Positions 27,584-37,480 of a DNA stretch of 64,000 bases are shown piece after piece. How positions within the stretch are numbered: the stretch's first letter is position 1; each line of letters opens with the position of its first letter. The notes under the pieces are model-generated. The model was not told the origin of the DNA. It was given only the letters and a program-made list of their open reading frames with translations, and did not search any database. The DNA lies in the NCBI GenBank assembly GCA_900547955.1, contig URIR01000001.1, positions 6,146 through 70,145 of the forward strand, written 5' to 3'. A program made the position numbers and the translations under genes. Source of the stretch: an uncultured Eubacteriales bacterium. GTDB lineage: Bacteria > Bacillota > Clostridia > Christensenellales > QALW01.

Positions 27584-27718
27584 ATAAAAGCAGGCCGTTT
27601 TAAATAAATCCGGCGCCGTTTGGCAGGCTGAAAGCCTGCCGTGCCGGGCTGCAAGCCCGGCGCGCGGCCCTGCGGGCCGCAAACGGCGCCAGATTTATTT
27701 AAAACGGCCTGCTTTTAT
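27584..27718. other. Nested palindrome: 38-bp closing stem around three GC-rich hairpins
   Basis: Arms 27584..27621 and 27681..27718 are complementary with one mismatch. Inner hairpins are GGCAGGCT-GAAA-AGCCTGCC, GCCGGGC-TGCAA-GCCCGGC and GCGGCCC-TGC-GGGCCGC. It lies between convergent genes. Confidence 0.7.
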
Positions 27719-27786
27719 GCTTTAGGCGCGTCAAACAGGCCGTTTTGTATCCAAATTGTATTTCTTAGCTGATATATTTGAAATTT

Positions 27787-28716
27787 TTATATTTTATTAT
27801 TGCAGCCAAGAACATTAATAATCTTATGCTTAACCACTTCTGTAACGGCGTCTCTTGCAGGCTTGAGATACTGGCGCGGGTCAAAGTGCGTGGGGTTTTC
27901 GGCCAGGTGCTTACGGATAGCGGCTGTAACAGCGAGGCGCAGGTCTGAATCAATGTTTATCTTGCAGACGGCCATGGAAGCGGCTTTGCGCAGCAAATCT
28001 TCGGGCACGCCCTGAGCTCCTGGCATCTCTCCGCCGTACTGCTCGATTATTTTTACATATTCGGGCATAACGCTGGAAGCGCCGTGAAGTACGATGGGGA
28101 AGCCGGGCAGGCGGCGGCTTACTTCCTCAAGAATGTCAAAGCGGAGCTTGGGCTCGCCTTTAAATTTATATGCTCCATGGCTGGTGCCTATGGCGATGGC
28201 TAAGGAATCCACGCCCGTTCTGGAAACAAATTCTTCCACTTCTTCAGGGCGCGTATAGCTGGAATCGGCGTCTGAAACTTTTACGTCGTCTTCCACGCCG
28301 GCAAGGCGTCCCAGCTCGGCTTCAACGCTTACTCCGTGGTCGTGAGCATATTCTACAACCTGCTTTGTAAGAGCTATATTGTCTTCAAAGCTATGATGAG
28401 ACGCGTCAATCATAACCGAGGTAAAGCCTCCGTCTATGCAGCTTTTGCAAAGCTCGAAGCTGTCGCCGTGGTCAAGATGAAGCGCGATGGGCAGACCTGA
28501 ATCCTCAATGGCGGCCTGCACAAGATGCACAAGATATGTATGCTTTGCATATTTGCGCGCGCCAGAGCTAACCTGCAAAATAAGGGGAGCGCTGGTCTCT
28601 TTTGCGGCTTCGACTATTCCCTGTACGGTTTCCATGTTGTTTACGTTGAAGGCGCCTATGGCGTATCCTCCCTCGTAAGCCTTTTTGAACATTTCCTTTG
28701 TGGTAACTAAGGGCAT
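27787..28716 (-). CDS. fba: Class II fructose-1,6-bisphosphate aldolase
   Basis: MPLVTTKEMFKKAYEGGYAIGAFNVNN..., LHLDHG. Start at the ATG at 28716 with an AAGGAG RBS. Confidence 0.95.
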   Translation of the reverse strand: MPLVTTKEMFKKAYEGGYAIGAFNVNNMETVQGIVEAAKETSAPLILQVSSGARKYAKHTYLVHLVQAAIEDSGLPIALHLDHGDSFELCKSCIDGGFTSVMIDASHHSFEDNIALTKQVVEYAHDHGVSVEAELGRLAGVEDDVKVSDADSSYTRPEEVEEFVSRTGVDSLAIAIGTSHGAYKFKGEPKLRFDILEEVSRRLPGFPIVLHGASSVMPEYVKIIEQYGGEMPGAQGVPEDLLRKAASMAVCKINIDSDLRLAVTAAIRKHLAENPTHFDPRQYLKPARDAVTEVVKHKIINVLGCNNKI

Positions 28717-28898
28717 GAGAGTCAACTCCTTATATTATATTTTTTTAATATTATAGTAGCTTTTTGCGGTTTTGGCCAGCACATTTTGCTTGCCCCCTTG
28801 CAGATGTGAAAATAATTTGCCTTTACTTGGGTAAATTTATGTTGAAAATGCCCGTATATGTAGTATAATATGATTAGATATCCTTTAAGGAGATTTAT

Positions 28899-29849
28899 AT
28901 GAACGGTATAAAATATTCGGTAATTATCCCAATGTATAACGAGCAAGAGGTTATTTTGGAATCTTACAGGCGCTTGGACAGCGTTATGCGCGCTTTGGAC
29001 GGCGAGTACGAGCTTATATTTGTAAACGACGGCAGCAGGGATAAAACCATGGAACTGATGCTGGATGCGGCGAAAAAGGATTCTCATGTTAAAATAGTTG
29101 ATTTTGCGCGGAATTTCGGTCATCAGACTGCGGTAACGGCCGGTATGAAATATTCTTCGGGAGACGCCGTTGTAATAATAGATGCAGATTTACAGGATCC
29201 GCCCGAGCTTATACCCGGCATGATAGAAAAATGGAAAGAGGGCTATGAGGTAGTTTACGGCAAGCGCCTTAAGAGGGAAGGGGAAACTAAATTCAAGCTT
29301 GCGACTGCCAAAGCCTTTTATAAATTGATTAATTCTCTTTCGGGCAATATGATACCTATGGATACGGGAGACTTCAGGCTGATAGACAGAGTCGTGGTGG
29401 AGGCAATGAATTCTATGCCCGAGCATAACCGCTTTCTGCGCGGCATGGGCTCGTGGGTTGGCTTCAGGCAGTATGCGTATGAATATAAGCGGGATGAGCG
29501 TTGGGCGGGAACAACTAAATATCCCCTTAAAAAAATGATAAAGCTGGCCAAAGACGGTATAATTTCTTTCAGCTCAAAACCTCTTGAAATGCTGAGCGCT
29601 TTGGGCTGCGCCAGCATAGGCATATGCGTTCTATGGCTAATGGTACTCATAATTCTAGCTATATGCGGCGTATTTTTCAGGCAGTGGCAGCTTGTCGTAT
29701 CATTTATGGGTATATTTGCTGGGATACTGCTTATAGGAATGGGTATTTTGGGGGAATATATCGGCAGGATATATGACGAAGCCAAAGGCCGTCCGTTATA
29801 TACGGTTCTGCGCACTATTAATTTTGACAATAATAAGCAAGGAGAGTAA
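28899..29849 (+). CDS. Family 2 glycosyltransferase (polyprenol-phosphate sugar transferase-like) with C-terminal TM helices
   Basis: YSVIIPMYNE, FVNDGSRDKT and DADLQDPPE motifs. Confidence 0.85.
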   Translation: MNGIKYSVIIPMYNEQEVILESYRRLDSVMRALDGEYELIFVNDGSRDKTMELMLDAAKKDSHVKIVDFARNFGHQTAVTAGMKYSSGDAVVIIDADLQDPPELIPGMIEKWKEGYEVVYGKRLKREGETKFKLATAKAFYKLINSLSGNMIPMDTGDFRLIDRVVVEAMNSMPEHNRFLRGMGSWVGFRQYAYEYKRDERWAGTTKYPLKKMIKLAKDGIISFSSKPLEMLSALGCASIGICVLWLMVLIILAICGVFFRQWQLVVSFMGIFAGILLIGMGILGEYIGRIYDEAKGRPLYTVLRTINFDNNKQGE

Positions 29850-29855
29850 TATTAT

Positions 29856-30974
29856 ATGTTTGATGCAAGATTGGAAAAGCTGGCGCATAATTTAGTGAAT
29901 TATTCCTGCCGTGTGCAGCCAGGCGAAAAATGCCTTATTGAATGCGTAGGAGATAGAGATGAAGCTCTTGTAGCTCTGCTTATCAGAGAAGTATACGCTG
30001 CGGGCGGCATACCCTTTGTATGGTCTCAGAATGTAAAGGTGAAGCGCGCGCTGCTTATGCAGGCGAATAAAGAGCAGCTTGAAATAATGGCGGCATATGA
30101 CGGCGGACTTATGGAGCAGATGCAGGCCTTTATCGGCATACGCGCTTCAGAAAACAGCTTTGAATTAAGCGATGTGCCAAACGAATGCATGGAGCTTTAT
30201 AATAAGTATTACAATGAGCATGTGCACAGCAGGATACGCGTGCCCAAAACTAAATGGGTAGTATTGCGCTATCCGAACGATTCCATGAGCCAGCTTGCCA
30301 ATATGAGCACCGAGCGCTTTGAGGATTTTTATTTTAATGTCTGCAATTTAGACTATCAGAAGATGGATAGGGCGATGCAGCCGTTAAAGGAACTCATGGA
30401 AAAGACAGATAAGGTGCATATAACAGGCCAGGGAACTGATTTGACCTTTTCCATAAAGGGAATGAACGCCATCAAATGCTCCGGGCACTGCAATATACCC
30501 GACGGAGAAATTTATACCGCCCCTGTTAAGGACAGCGTGGAGGGCGTAATAACCTATAATACCCGTTCTCTGCACGACGGCTTTACCTTTGAAAATATCT
30601 GCCTGAAGTTTGAAAAGGGCAGGATAGTTTCCGCTGCGGCTAACGATACCGAGCGTATCAATAAAGTTTTTGATATAGACGAGGGCGCGCGCTATATTGG
30701 AGAATTTTCCTTTGGTCTCAATCCGTATATAAACGACGCTATATTGGATACGCTGTTTGATGAGAAGATAGCGGGCAGCATACATTTTACTCCGGGCATG
30801 GCTTATGACGATGCTTTTAACGGAAATAAGAGCGCGCTGCACTGGGATCTTGTATATGTGCAGACTCCTGCTTTCGGCGGCGGCGATATTTATTTTGACG
30901 GCGTGCTTATTCGCAGGGACGGGCGTTTTGTGCTTCCTGAGCTTGAGGGCCTGAATCCGGAAAATCTCAAATAA
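29856..30974 (+). CDS. M29-family aminopeptidase (AmpS/PepS-like)
   Basis: The LAHNLVNYSCRVQPGEKCLIE N-terminus and a length of 372 aa are typical of the family. Confidence 0.8.
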   Translation: MFDARLEKLAHNLVNYSCRVQPGEKCLIECVGDRDEALVALLIREVYAAGGIPFVWSQNVKVKRALLMQANKEQLEIMAAYDGGLMEQMQAFIGIRASENSFELSDVPNECMELYNKYYNEHVHSRIRVPKTKWVVLRYPNDSMSQLANMSTERFEDFYFNVCNLDYQKMDRAMQPLKELMEKTDKVHITGQGTDLTFSIKGMNAIKCSGHCNIPDGEIYTAPVKDSVEGVITYNTRSLHDGFTFENICLKFEKGRIVSAAANDTERINKVFDIDEGARYIGEFSFGLNPYINDAILDTLFDEKIAGSIHFTPGMAYDDAFNGNKSALHWDLVYVQTPAFGGGDIYFDGVLIRRDGRFVLPELEGLNPENLK

Positions 30975-30985
30975 GGAGAAAAGAA

Positions 30986-31696
30986 ATGAAGAAAATTCTG
31001 ACGGCTGCGCTTGTGCTGTGCTGCGCGGCCTCATTTGCGGGCTGCGCTTCGGTATCGGCTAAAGAGGCCGCCGACGCCTTTAATGGTTTTGTATTCGATT
31101 ATAATGCCGAGCGGCTATATATTGCCGGCTCGGCTCAGCTGGCCTTTGGTGAGGGTCAGAACCGTACTGTTATGACTGATAATATGAGTGTAAAATTAAA
31201 ATGGGATGGCTCCATTCGGGTAGGAGAGCTTAAGAGCGGCGTTGATATGGGCGGGCAGGAAATTATGAATTATACGCTGTATGCGCGCGACGGCGTCGTT
31301 TATCAGGATGGAGAGGATATAGGGCAGAGCCTGGATGAACTCTTAAATAACGCGTTTAATATGCAGACAGGCGATGACATGCTTTCAGAACAGAATATAA
31401 AGAGCTGCAGTAAGGAAAGCAAGGATGGCTTGGAGACCTATACCATAACCATTAATAAGGACAGCGTGCCTGAAGAACTTAAAAACATGCTGATAACCTC
31501 GGGCGGCGGAGTGCTGACCGATTCTGTTTTCAGCAATGATTTGCAGGCCGAGGTTGTTTATAAGAACCAAAGCCCTCTGGAATTTACCATAACTGCCGAT
31601 ATGACGGCCACCATGATGGGAACGCCCAATACTGTGCTTCAAGCCGTAATACATACCGAGATTAGGGAGTTTGAGGACTTTTCAATAGCCGAATAG
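30986..31696 (+). CDS. Lipoprotein of unknown function
   Basis: Signal peptide plus lipobox SFAGC. No recognised domain. Confidence 0.6.
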   Translation: MKKILTAALVLCCAASFAGCASVSAKEAADAFNGFVFDYNAERLYIAGSAQLAFGEGQNRTVMTDNMSVKLKWDGSIRVGELKSGVDMGGQEIMNYTLYARDGVVYQDGEDIGQSLDELLNNAFNMQTGDDMLSEQNIKSCSKESKDGLETYTITINKDSVPEELKNMLITSGGGVLTDSVFSNDLQAEVVYKNQSPLEFTITADMTATMMGTPNTVLQAVIHTEIREFEDFSIAE

Positions 31697-32072
31697 CTTT
31701 TATTTGGATAATGCTTTCAAGGAACAACGCGCTGAAGGCGGATTATTGCTTTTGCTTCAGGTGTGCGCCGCAAGTAAAATGCGCTTGGAATTTTAACGCG
31801 CTCTTTTTGGACTGACGGAAAAATCTGCCTTGCGAAGTTTTTATTCAGAGCGTCCGCCGATGCCTGCGGCGCGCGCTAAAGCGCGCCAGGGGCGCGGTTA
31901 AGGTAAGCGCTGAGGATGCTCTTTGCAAAATGTACTGAGCCTCGCTTATATTGTTTATCAAATTCAAAAAAAGTTTACATAATTATGCCGTAATAGGTCA
32001 GTTTTATATGGTCATAATCGCGTTATTGTGATATAATCCCTTTTATATTAAATTGAGGAGCAAAGATGGCTT

Positions 32073-32936
32073 ATGAATACGCATAAAGTGAAAATTATAG
32101 CGGACAGCACCTGTGATTTATCTCCTGAACTAATTAAAAAATATGATGTGGAAATAGTGCCGCTTTATGTAACCCTGGGCGACGAAAGCTTAAGGGACGG
32201 TGTGGATATTACTCCGGACGAGCTGTATCGCTGGGCGGATAAAAATAAAACTACTCCTAAAACCGCGGCTATAACTCAAGCGGACGCCTATAAGGTAATG
32301 AAAAAATACGTCGAACAGGGCTGCGAAATTGTATATACGGGAATATCCTCTGAAATGTCAGTTGCGCACGGAAACGCGCAGCTTGCGGCTGAAGAATTTC
32401 CTGACGCCAGGATTGCCGTGGTGGATTCAAAAAATCTTTCTACGGGGGTAGGCCATACGGTTATTAAAGCGGCCGAATTGGCGCAGGAGGGCTTAGGGGC
32501 CTTTGAGATAAAGGAGAAATTGGATAAATTTACTCCGCTTGTCCGAGCCAGCTTTGTGGTGGATACTATTACATATCTTTACCGTGGAGGCCGGTGTTCG
32601 GCCATAGCGGCTTTCGGTGCTACGGCCCTGAATTTAAAGCCCTCCATAGTGGTGGAGGACGGCCGGATGCGCCCTGACGCCAAATATCACGGCAAAATAG
32701 ACAGAGCGCTGAAAAAATATGTGCAGGGTATGATTCCTGAGCTTATAAAAGCCAGGCCTGACCGCGTTTTTATAACCCATTCGGGCAGCAGCGAGGATAC
32801 CATTAATATGGTTAAGGGCTATATAGACGAATTAAAGTATTTTAAGGAAGTGCTTATAACACGGGCCGGCTGCGTTATTTCCAGCCATTGCGGGCCGGGT
32901 ACGCTGGGCGTGCTTTATGTAGAACAGGATAAGTAG
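32073..32936 (+). CDS. DegV-family fatty-acid-binding protein
   Basis: KIIADSTCDLSPELIKKYDVEIVPLYV and the overall DegV pattern. Confidence 0.9.
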   Translation: MNTHKVKIIADSTCDLSPELIKKYDVEIVPLYVTLGDESLRDGVDITPDELYRWADKNKTTPKTAAITQADAYKVMKKYVEQGCEIVYTGISSEMSVAHGNAQLAAEEFPDARIAVVDSKNLSTGVGHTVIKAAELAQEGLGAFEIKEKLDKFTPLVRASFVVDTITYLYRGGRCSAIAAFGATALNLKPSIVVEDGRMRPDAKYHGKIDRALKKYVQGMIPELIKARPDRVFITHSGSSEDTINMVKGYIDELKYFKEVLITRAGCVISSHCGPGTLGVLYVEQDK

Positions 32937-33029
32937 CCCGGCAGAAAGACTTATTGAATACTGTCAGAAAGCATCTGAACCGGCGTTTATACCCATCGGT
33001 TTGATACCATTATTTTCTGTAAGCTGATT

Positions 33030-33300
33030 ACCCTCAGTTTATAAGGAACTATACGCCTCAAAACGGGATAATTTCTTCATTTTCTGCGTTATCCTCAATC
33101 AGCGTACTCCCAGTACGCTTTCTTCGTCTGCCTTGAAAATGAAGAAATACTCTCCGTTTGAGGTCTCCAGAGTCAGAAAGCATAAAATCTGCGTCATGCA
33201 AGGCGCTTAAACGACATGTACCGGGCGTACATGGAATCAAAGCAACGCAGCAGGACGCAGATTTTATGCCTTCTGACCGTCTTCCTTATAAACTGAGGGT
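33030..33300 (-). repeat. MITE-like repeat, copy 2 (271 bp)
   Basis: Same element as 25558..25831 in inverse orientation, flanked by TA on both sides. Confidence 0.8.
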
Positions 33301-33406
33301 AAATAAGCTTTAAAGACCTGCGGCAGGCCTGCCGCGGGTCTTTCATTTAATTATCATAGTATATTTAAAGGAAATAATTTCCCCTTTGGATAAGTATTTT
33401 TTATTT

Positions 33407-34108
33407 TTATCTTATTCCGCCGCAGTCGCAGTCGCATCCGCATCCGCCGCCTGCATTGTCAAGCTCGGGCGGGAATATCGGAAGATTGAAGAATTCGTCG
33501 CATACCTCCGAAGCGAATTCCTCGCACGGGGGGATACGGCAGAAGCCGTAGGCGGGGACAACAAGCTCCACGTCGGCTACTATCTTAAGTATAACGGTTA
33601 CGCAGCTGGTAAGGCGGAAGGTGTTGTCGGCCAGATAGCAGCCCTGGACGCAGATTGCGCTGACAATAGTGTCCACCATAAAAGGAATTATTGATTCGTC
33701 AGGAACAAAAAGCACAACGTCCTTGCAGACGGTAATTATGCCGTTGCCGCGTCCTTCCTGGCAGTTTGCGTCCTCAAAGAGTATTTCAACGGGGATATCC
33801 ACCTTACAGCGGACGCGCGCGAAATTGGGACGGTCGCAGAGACGGTCTATGCAAAGGTCGCGCACGCAGCCCTTGGTATTTGTGCTGCGGCAGCTTATAA
33901 AGGTTATAGGCGCTGTAAACTGCGCGCCTGCCGGGCATATATCCACCAGCTTGACGTTAACGTTATCCAATTGCTCCTGCTGCATGCAGGAATCATATAC
34001 TTTCTTTACTTGTATGCAGACTCTTTCAGTAAGGCCTCTGGTGCAGTCTCCGGTAATTCTGCCGGGGCATATATCATTATCGCTGCTGCGATATGAATAA
34101 AAAGACAT
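33407..34108 (-). CDS. Cysteine-rich protein of unknown function (possible spore-coat/exosporium-type protein)
   Basis: 233 aa with about 28 Cys, a C-terminus of AGGGCGCDCDCGG and a strong RBS AAGGAGG. A CATAGGATA motif (34170..34178) upstream resembles a sigma-K -10 element. Confidence 0.6.
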   Translation of the reverse strand: MSFYSYRSSDNDICPGRITGDCTRGLTERVCIQVKKVYDSCMQQEQLDNVNVKLVDICPAGAQFTAPITFISCRSTNTKGCVRDLCIDRLCDRPNFARVRCKVDIPVEILFEDANCQEGRGNGIITVCKDVVLFVPDESIIPFMVDTIVSAICVQGCYLADNTFRLTSCVTVILKIVADVELVVPAYGFCRIPPCEEFASEVCDEFFNLPIFPPELDNAGGGCGCDCDCGGIR

Positions 34109-34317
34109 ATAAGTTCCTCCTTATTTATATTTGAAATGAATATAGAGCATAAGTTCTGTATTTCAATAATATCCTATGCGTCTGACGGCCTTGTTGTGAA
34201 GGTTTAAGGTTTATTTTGGTTGCGAAAAAAGGCCGGACATGGTATAGTTATCAATGCTGGCTTTATAGTGGTTTGGATGTGTCCTTTAATATAATTTTAT
34301 GCCGGCGGGGAGTTTAT

Positions 34318-35586
34318 ATGAACAATAATTGGGAGAACATTGGGATAGCGCCTGCGGATATACTGGTGCCTCGTCCCGAATACCGTGAAAATTTCTGCGT
34401 CGTCGCCTGCGACCAGTTTACGTCTGATCCGGACTATTGGGAGAAAACTGCGCTTTTAGCGGGAAATAGCTGCTCTGCACTTCACCTTATATATCCGGAA
34501 ATTTATCTTAACAACCAGCCGGAGGAGCGCATAGGCCGGATAAATCGGAATATGCAGGAATATTTGGACAGAGATGTTTTTGAGGAATATCCTAATTCTA
34601 TTATATATGTTGAACGCACCCTTTCGGACGGAAGAGTGCGCAAGGGGCTTGTGCTGGCGGCCGACCTTGAAAAATATGATTATTCGCCTAAATCTGATTC
34701 TCTGATACGGGCTACCGAGGGCACTATAGAAAGCCGTCTGCCTGCCAGGATAAGAATACGACAAAACGCTCCTCTTGAACTGCCGCATATCATGCTTTTG
34801 ATAGACGACAGGAAGAAAACCGTTATAGAGCCTTTGGCGGAGGCGCGTTTAACTCCTGTTTACGATATACCCCTTATGCAGGGAGGTGGACGGGTAAAAG
34901 GCTTTTTATTAGACGGAGATATGCAGGAAAAGCTGTTTAAGGCCGTTTCAGCGCTTGCAGATATGACGGAATATCAGGCTAAGTATTCGCTTAACAGCCC
35001 GGCTGCGCTGCTTTTATATGCGGTAGGGGACGGCAATCATTCCCTAGCGTCCGCTAAAGCATATTATGAAGGCTTAAAAAAGAAGCTTTCACCGCAGGAG
35101 GCCTTAGGACATCCTGCGCGTTATGCGCTTGTGGAACTGGTCAATCTGCATGATTCATCTCTGGTATTTGAGCCTATACACAGAGTGCTTTTTAATGTAA
35201 AGCCGGATGAAATTTTAAACAAGCTAGAACAATTCTGCGGCTTTGGGGAAACAGGTCAGTATGTGGAGGCGGTTTTTAACGGGCAGTCCCGAAAGCTGCA
35301 TTTTGCCCGGCCCGTGCATCAGCTTGCCGTGGGTACGCTTCAAAAATTCCTGGATGAGATAATCAAGGACTGCGCTGGAGCTGAATTGGATTATATTCAT
35401 GAGGAGGAAACCGTGCGCTCCCTGGCTGCCAAGGAAGGAAATATAGGCTTCATTCTGTCGCCTATGGACAAAAGTGAGCTGTTTAAATCTGTTATATTGG
35501 ACGGCCCTCTGCCCAGAAAGACTTTTTCCATGGGAAGCGGAAGGGATAAGAGATATTATCTTGAGGCGAGGCGCATAAAGCCTTAA
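34318..35586 (+). CDS. DUF1015-family protein
   Basis: Start moved to the ATG at 34318 (MNNNWENIGIAPADILVP...). Contains YAVGDGNHSLASAK, which is family-typical. Confidence 0.75.
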   Translation: MNNNWENIGIAPADILVPRPEYRENFCVVACDQFTSDPDYWEKTALLAGNSCSALHLIYPEIYLNNQPEERIGRINRNMQEYLDRDVFEEYPNSIIYVERTLSDGRVRKGLVLAADLEKYDYSPKSDSLIRATEGTIESRLPARIRIRQNAPLELPHIMLLIDDRKKTVIEPLAEARLTPVYDIPLMQGGGRVKGFLLDGDMQEKLFKAVSALADMTEYQAKYSLNSPAALLLYAVGDGNHSLASAKAYYEGLKKKLSPQEALGHPARYALVELVNLHDSSLVFEPIHRVLFNVKPDEILNKLEQFCGFGETGQYVEAVFNGQSRKLHFARPVHQLAVGTLQKFLDEIIKDCAGAELDYIHEEETVRSLAAKEGNIGFILSPMDKSELFKSVILDGPLPRKTFSMGSGRDKRYYLEARRIKP

Positions 35587-35659
35587 ATCTGCCTTTAAGG
35601 GCGGCTGGGCATATAATAGTTAATGATATTATAAATTCAAGCAAAGGGAGTAAATAGGA

Positions 35660-36976
35660 ATGGGAATCAAGGTAACGAAATTCGGAGGCAGCTCGCTTGC
35701 CAATGCGGAGCAGTTTAAGAAGGTTATTGAAATTTTAAAGGCGGATTCGCAGCGGAGATATGCGATACCTTCGGCTCCGGGCAAGCGTTTCAGCGGGGAT
35801 GATAAAATTACCGACCTTTTATATAAATGCCACGACATTGCTACAACAGGAAAGAGCATAGATCAGGTGTTTGATATAATATGCTCCAGATATATTCATA
35901 TAGCGTCGGATTTAGGCTTGGATTATAGTCCTGAGGCGGAGCTGGAGCAGATTCGCAGAAATATTCAAAAAGGAGAAAGGCGCGATTACGTGGCCTCCCG
36001 CGGGGAATATCTTAATGGTATTATCCTGGCTAAGGCGCTGGACTGGGATTTCATTGACGCCGCTGATGTGATTTTCTTTGATGAAAACGGTATCTTTGAC
36101 GCTGAAAGGACGCATAAAGCCATGGCTGAATGTTTAAACGAGCATCCTTATGCGGTTGTACCCGGCTTTTACGGGCGGCGTGCTGACGGCAGCGTTAAGA
36201 CCTTTTCGCGCGGAGGCTCTGATATAACGGGTTCTATTGTAGCGCGCGCGGTAAACGCCGAATTATATGAGAACTGGACGGATGTTTCGGGCTTTATGGT
36301 AGCCGACCCTAGGATTGTGGAAAATCCGGCTGTGATAAGGACGGTTTCATACCGCGAGCTGCGCGAGCTTTCGTATATGGGGGCTACGGTTCTGCACGAG
36401 GACGCTATTTTTCCGGTCAGCCATTGCGGCATTCCGATAAATATAAAGAATACCAATCATCCGGAGGACGCCGGAACCATGATAGTTTCGGATAAATGCG
36501 GCGATGAAAGGGATGGCCTGGTAACCGGCATAGCGGGCCGAAAGGATTTTACAGTTATAACGCTGGAGAAGGATATGATGAACACCGAAAGGGGTTTTGG
36601 ACGGAAGGTACTGACGGTGTTTGAAAATTACGGTGTTTCCTTTGAGCATATGCCTACCGGTATAGATACCATGAGCGTTGTTGCGGCGGATAAGGAATTG
36701 TACGGTAAAAAGGATAATATTATTGAGTCGCTGAAATCTGAGGTTCATCCTGACAGCATAGTGGCTGAAAACAATTTAGCTATTATTGCGGTAGTGGGAA
36801 AGGGCATGGTGCGGGCAGTAGGCACGGCCGGCCGTGTATTTGCCGCGCTGAGCCGTGAAAATATTAATGTGCGCATGATAGACCAGGGGTCCAGCGAATT
36901 GAATATAATTGTGGGTGTGGACAACAGCCGTTTTGAGGCGGCTATAAGCGCTATTTATCATGAGTTTTTTAATTAA
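35660..36976 (+). CDS. Aspartate kinase
   Basis: MGIKVTKFGGSSLANAEQF, and C-terminal ACT domains (IIAVVGKGM). Confidence 0.9.
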   Translation: MGIKVTKFGGSSLANAEQFKKVIEILKADSQRRYAIPSAPGKRFSGDDKITDLLYKCHDIATTGKSIDQVFDIICSRYIHIASDLGLDYSPEAELEQIRRNIQKGERRDYVASRGEYLNGIILAKALDWDFIDAADVIFFDENGIFDAERTHKAMAECLNEHPYAVVPGFYGRRADGSVKTFSRGGSDITGSIVARAVNAELYENWTDVSGFMVADPRIVENPAVIRTVSYRELRELSYMGATVLHEDAIFPVSHCGIPINIKNTNHPEDAGTMIVSDKCGDERDGLVTGIAGRKDFTVITLEKDMMNTERGFGRKVLTVFENYGVSFEHMPTGIDTMSVVAADKELYGKKDNIIESLKSEVHPDSIVAENNLAIIAVVGKGMVRAVGTAGRVFAALSRENINVRMIDQGSSELNIIVGVDNSRFEAAISAIYHEFFN

Positions 36977-37235
36977 GGCGTATATTGTTATTATGTGTCT
37001 GGCGGGACTTATACTAATGGTCTTTGATAAGAGGCAGGCCATATTGGGAGGACGCCGGGTGCGCGAGCGGACGCTGCTTTTGATTGCGGCCATGGGGGGT
37101 GCCGCCGGCAGCCTGGTGGGTATGCTGCTGGCCTGGCATAAGGTGAGAAAAGCTAAATTTGCAGTATTAGTGCCGCTGTTTTTTGTTTTGCAAGCAGCTT
37201 TGATTTATATATTGGAGCAATATTTATTGCGTTGA
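36960..37235 (+). CDS. DUF1294-family small membrane protein
   Basis: DKRQAILGGRRVRERTLLLIAAMGGAAGSLVGMLLAWHKVRK. Confidence 0.7.
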   Translation: MSFLIKAYIVIMCLAGLILMVFDKRQAILGGRRVRERTLLLIAAMGGAAGSLVGMLLAWHKVRKAKFAVLVPLFFVLQAALIYILEQYLLR

Positions 37236-37242
37236 AGATGAA

Positions 37243-37286
37243 GCCGCGGATGGAAATATTTATTTCCATCCGCGGCATTCATTTTT
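37243..37286 (+). terminator. Rho-independent terminator
   Basis: 16-bp stem GCCGCGGATGGAAATA / TATTTCCATCCGCGGC followed by ATTCATTTTT. Confidence 0.75.
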
Positions 37287-37480
37287 AGGGCCGTCTGTTT
37301 TTTGCTAAAAGCCGGGAAAAGGCTCTTTATTTGGACAAGCATTTGAAATTAAAAACAAATTTTTTGTAAAAATTATTTACGGGGCAGAAAATTTGATGTA
37401 TAATATTATTAAGTTAAGCAGGGATTCCTTGTAAATTTTTTAAGGGATTGTTCTGCAAAAAAATTGGGGAGGAATTAATC

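Noticed and set aside
33058-33240. Small ORFs inside the MITE-like repeats that share ...LIEDNAENEEII... (also 51290..51586 and the plus-strand frame in 25558..25831)
   Set aside because: Conservation is at the nucleotide level across the whole element, including non-coding arms. The frames are broken differently in each copy, there is no RBS, and the short copy 3 lacks the ORF.
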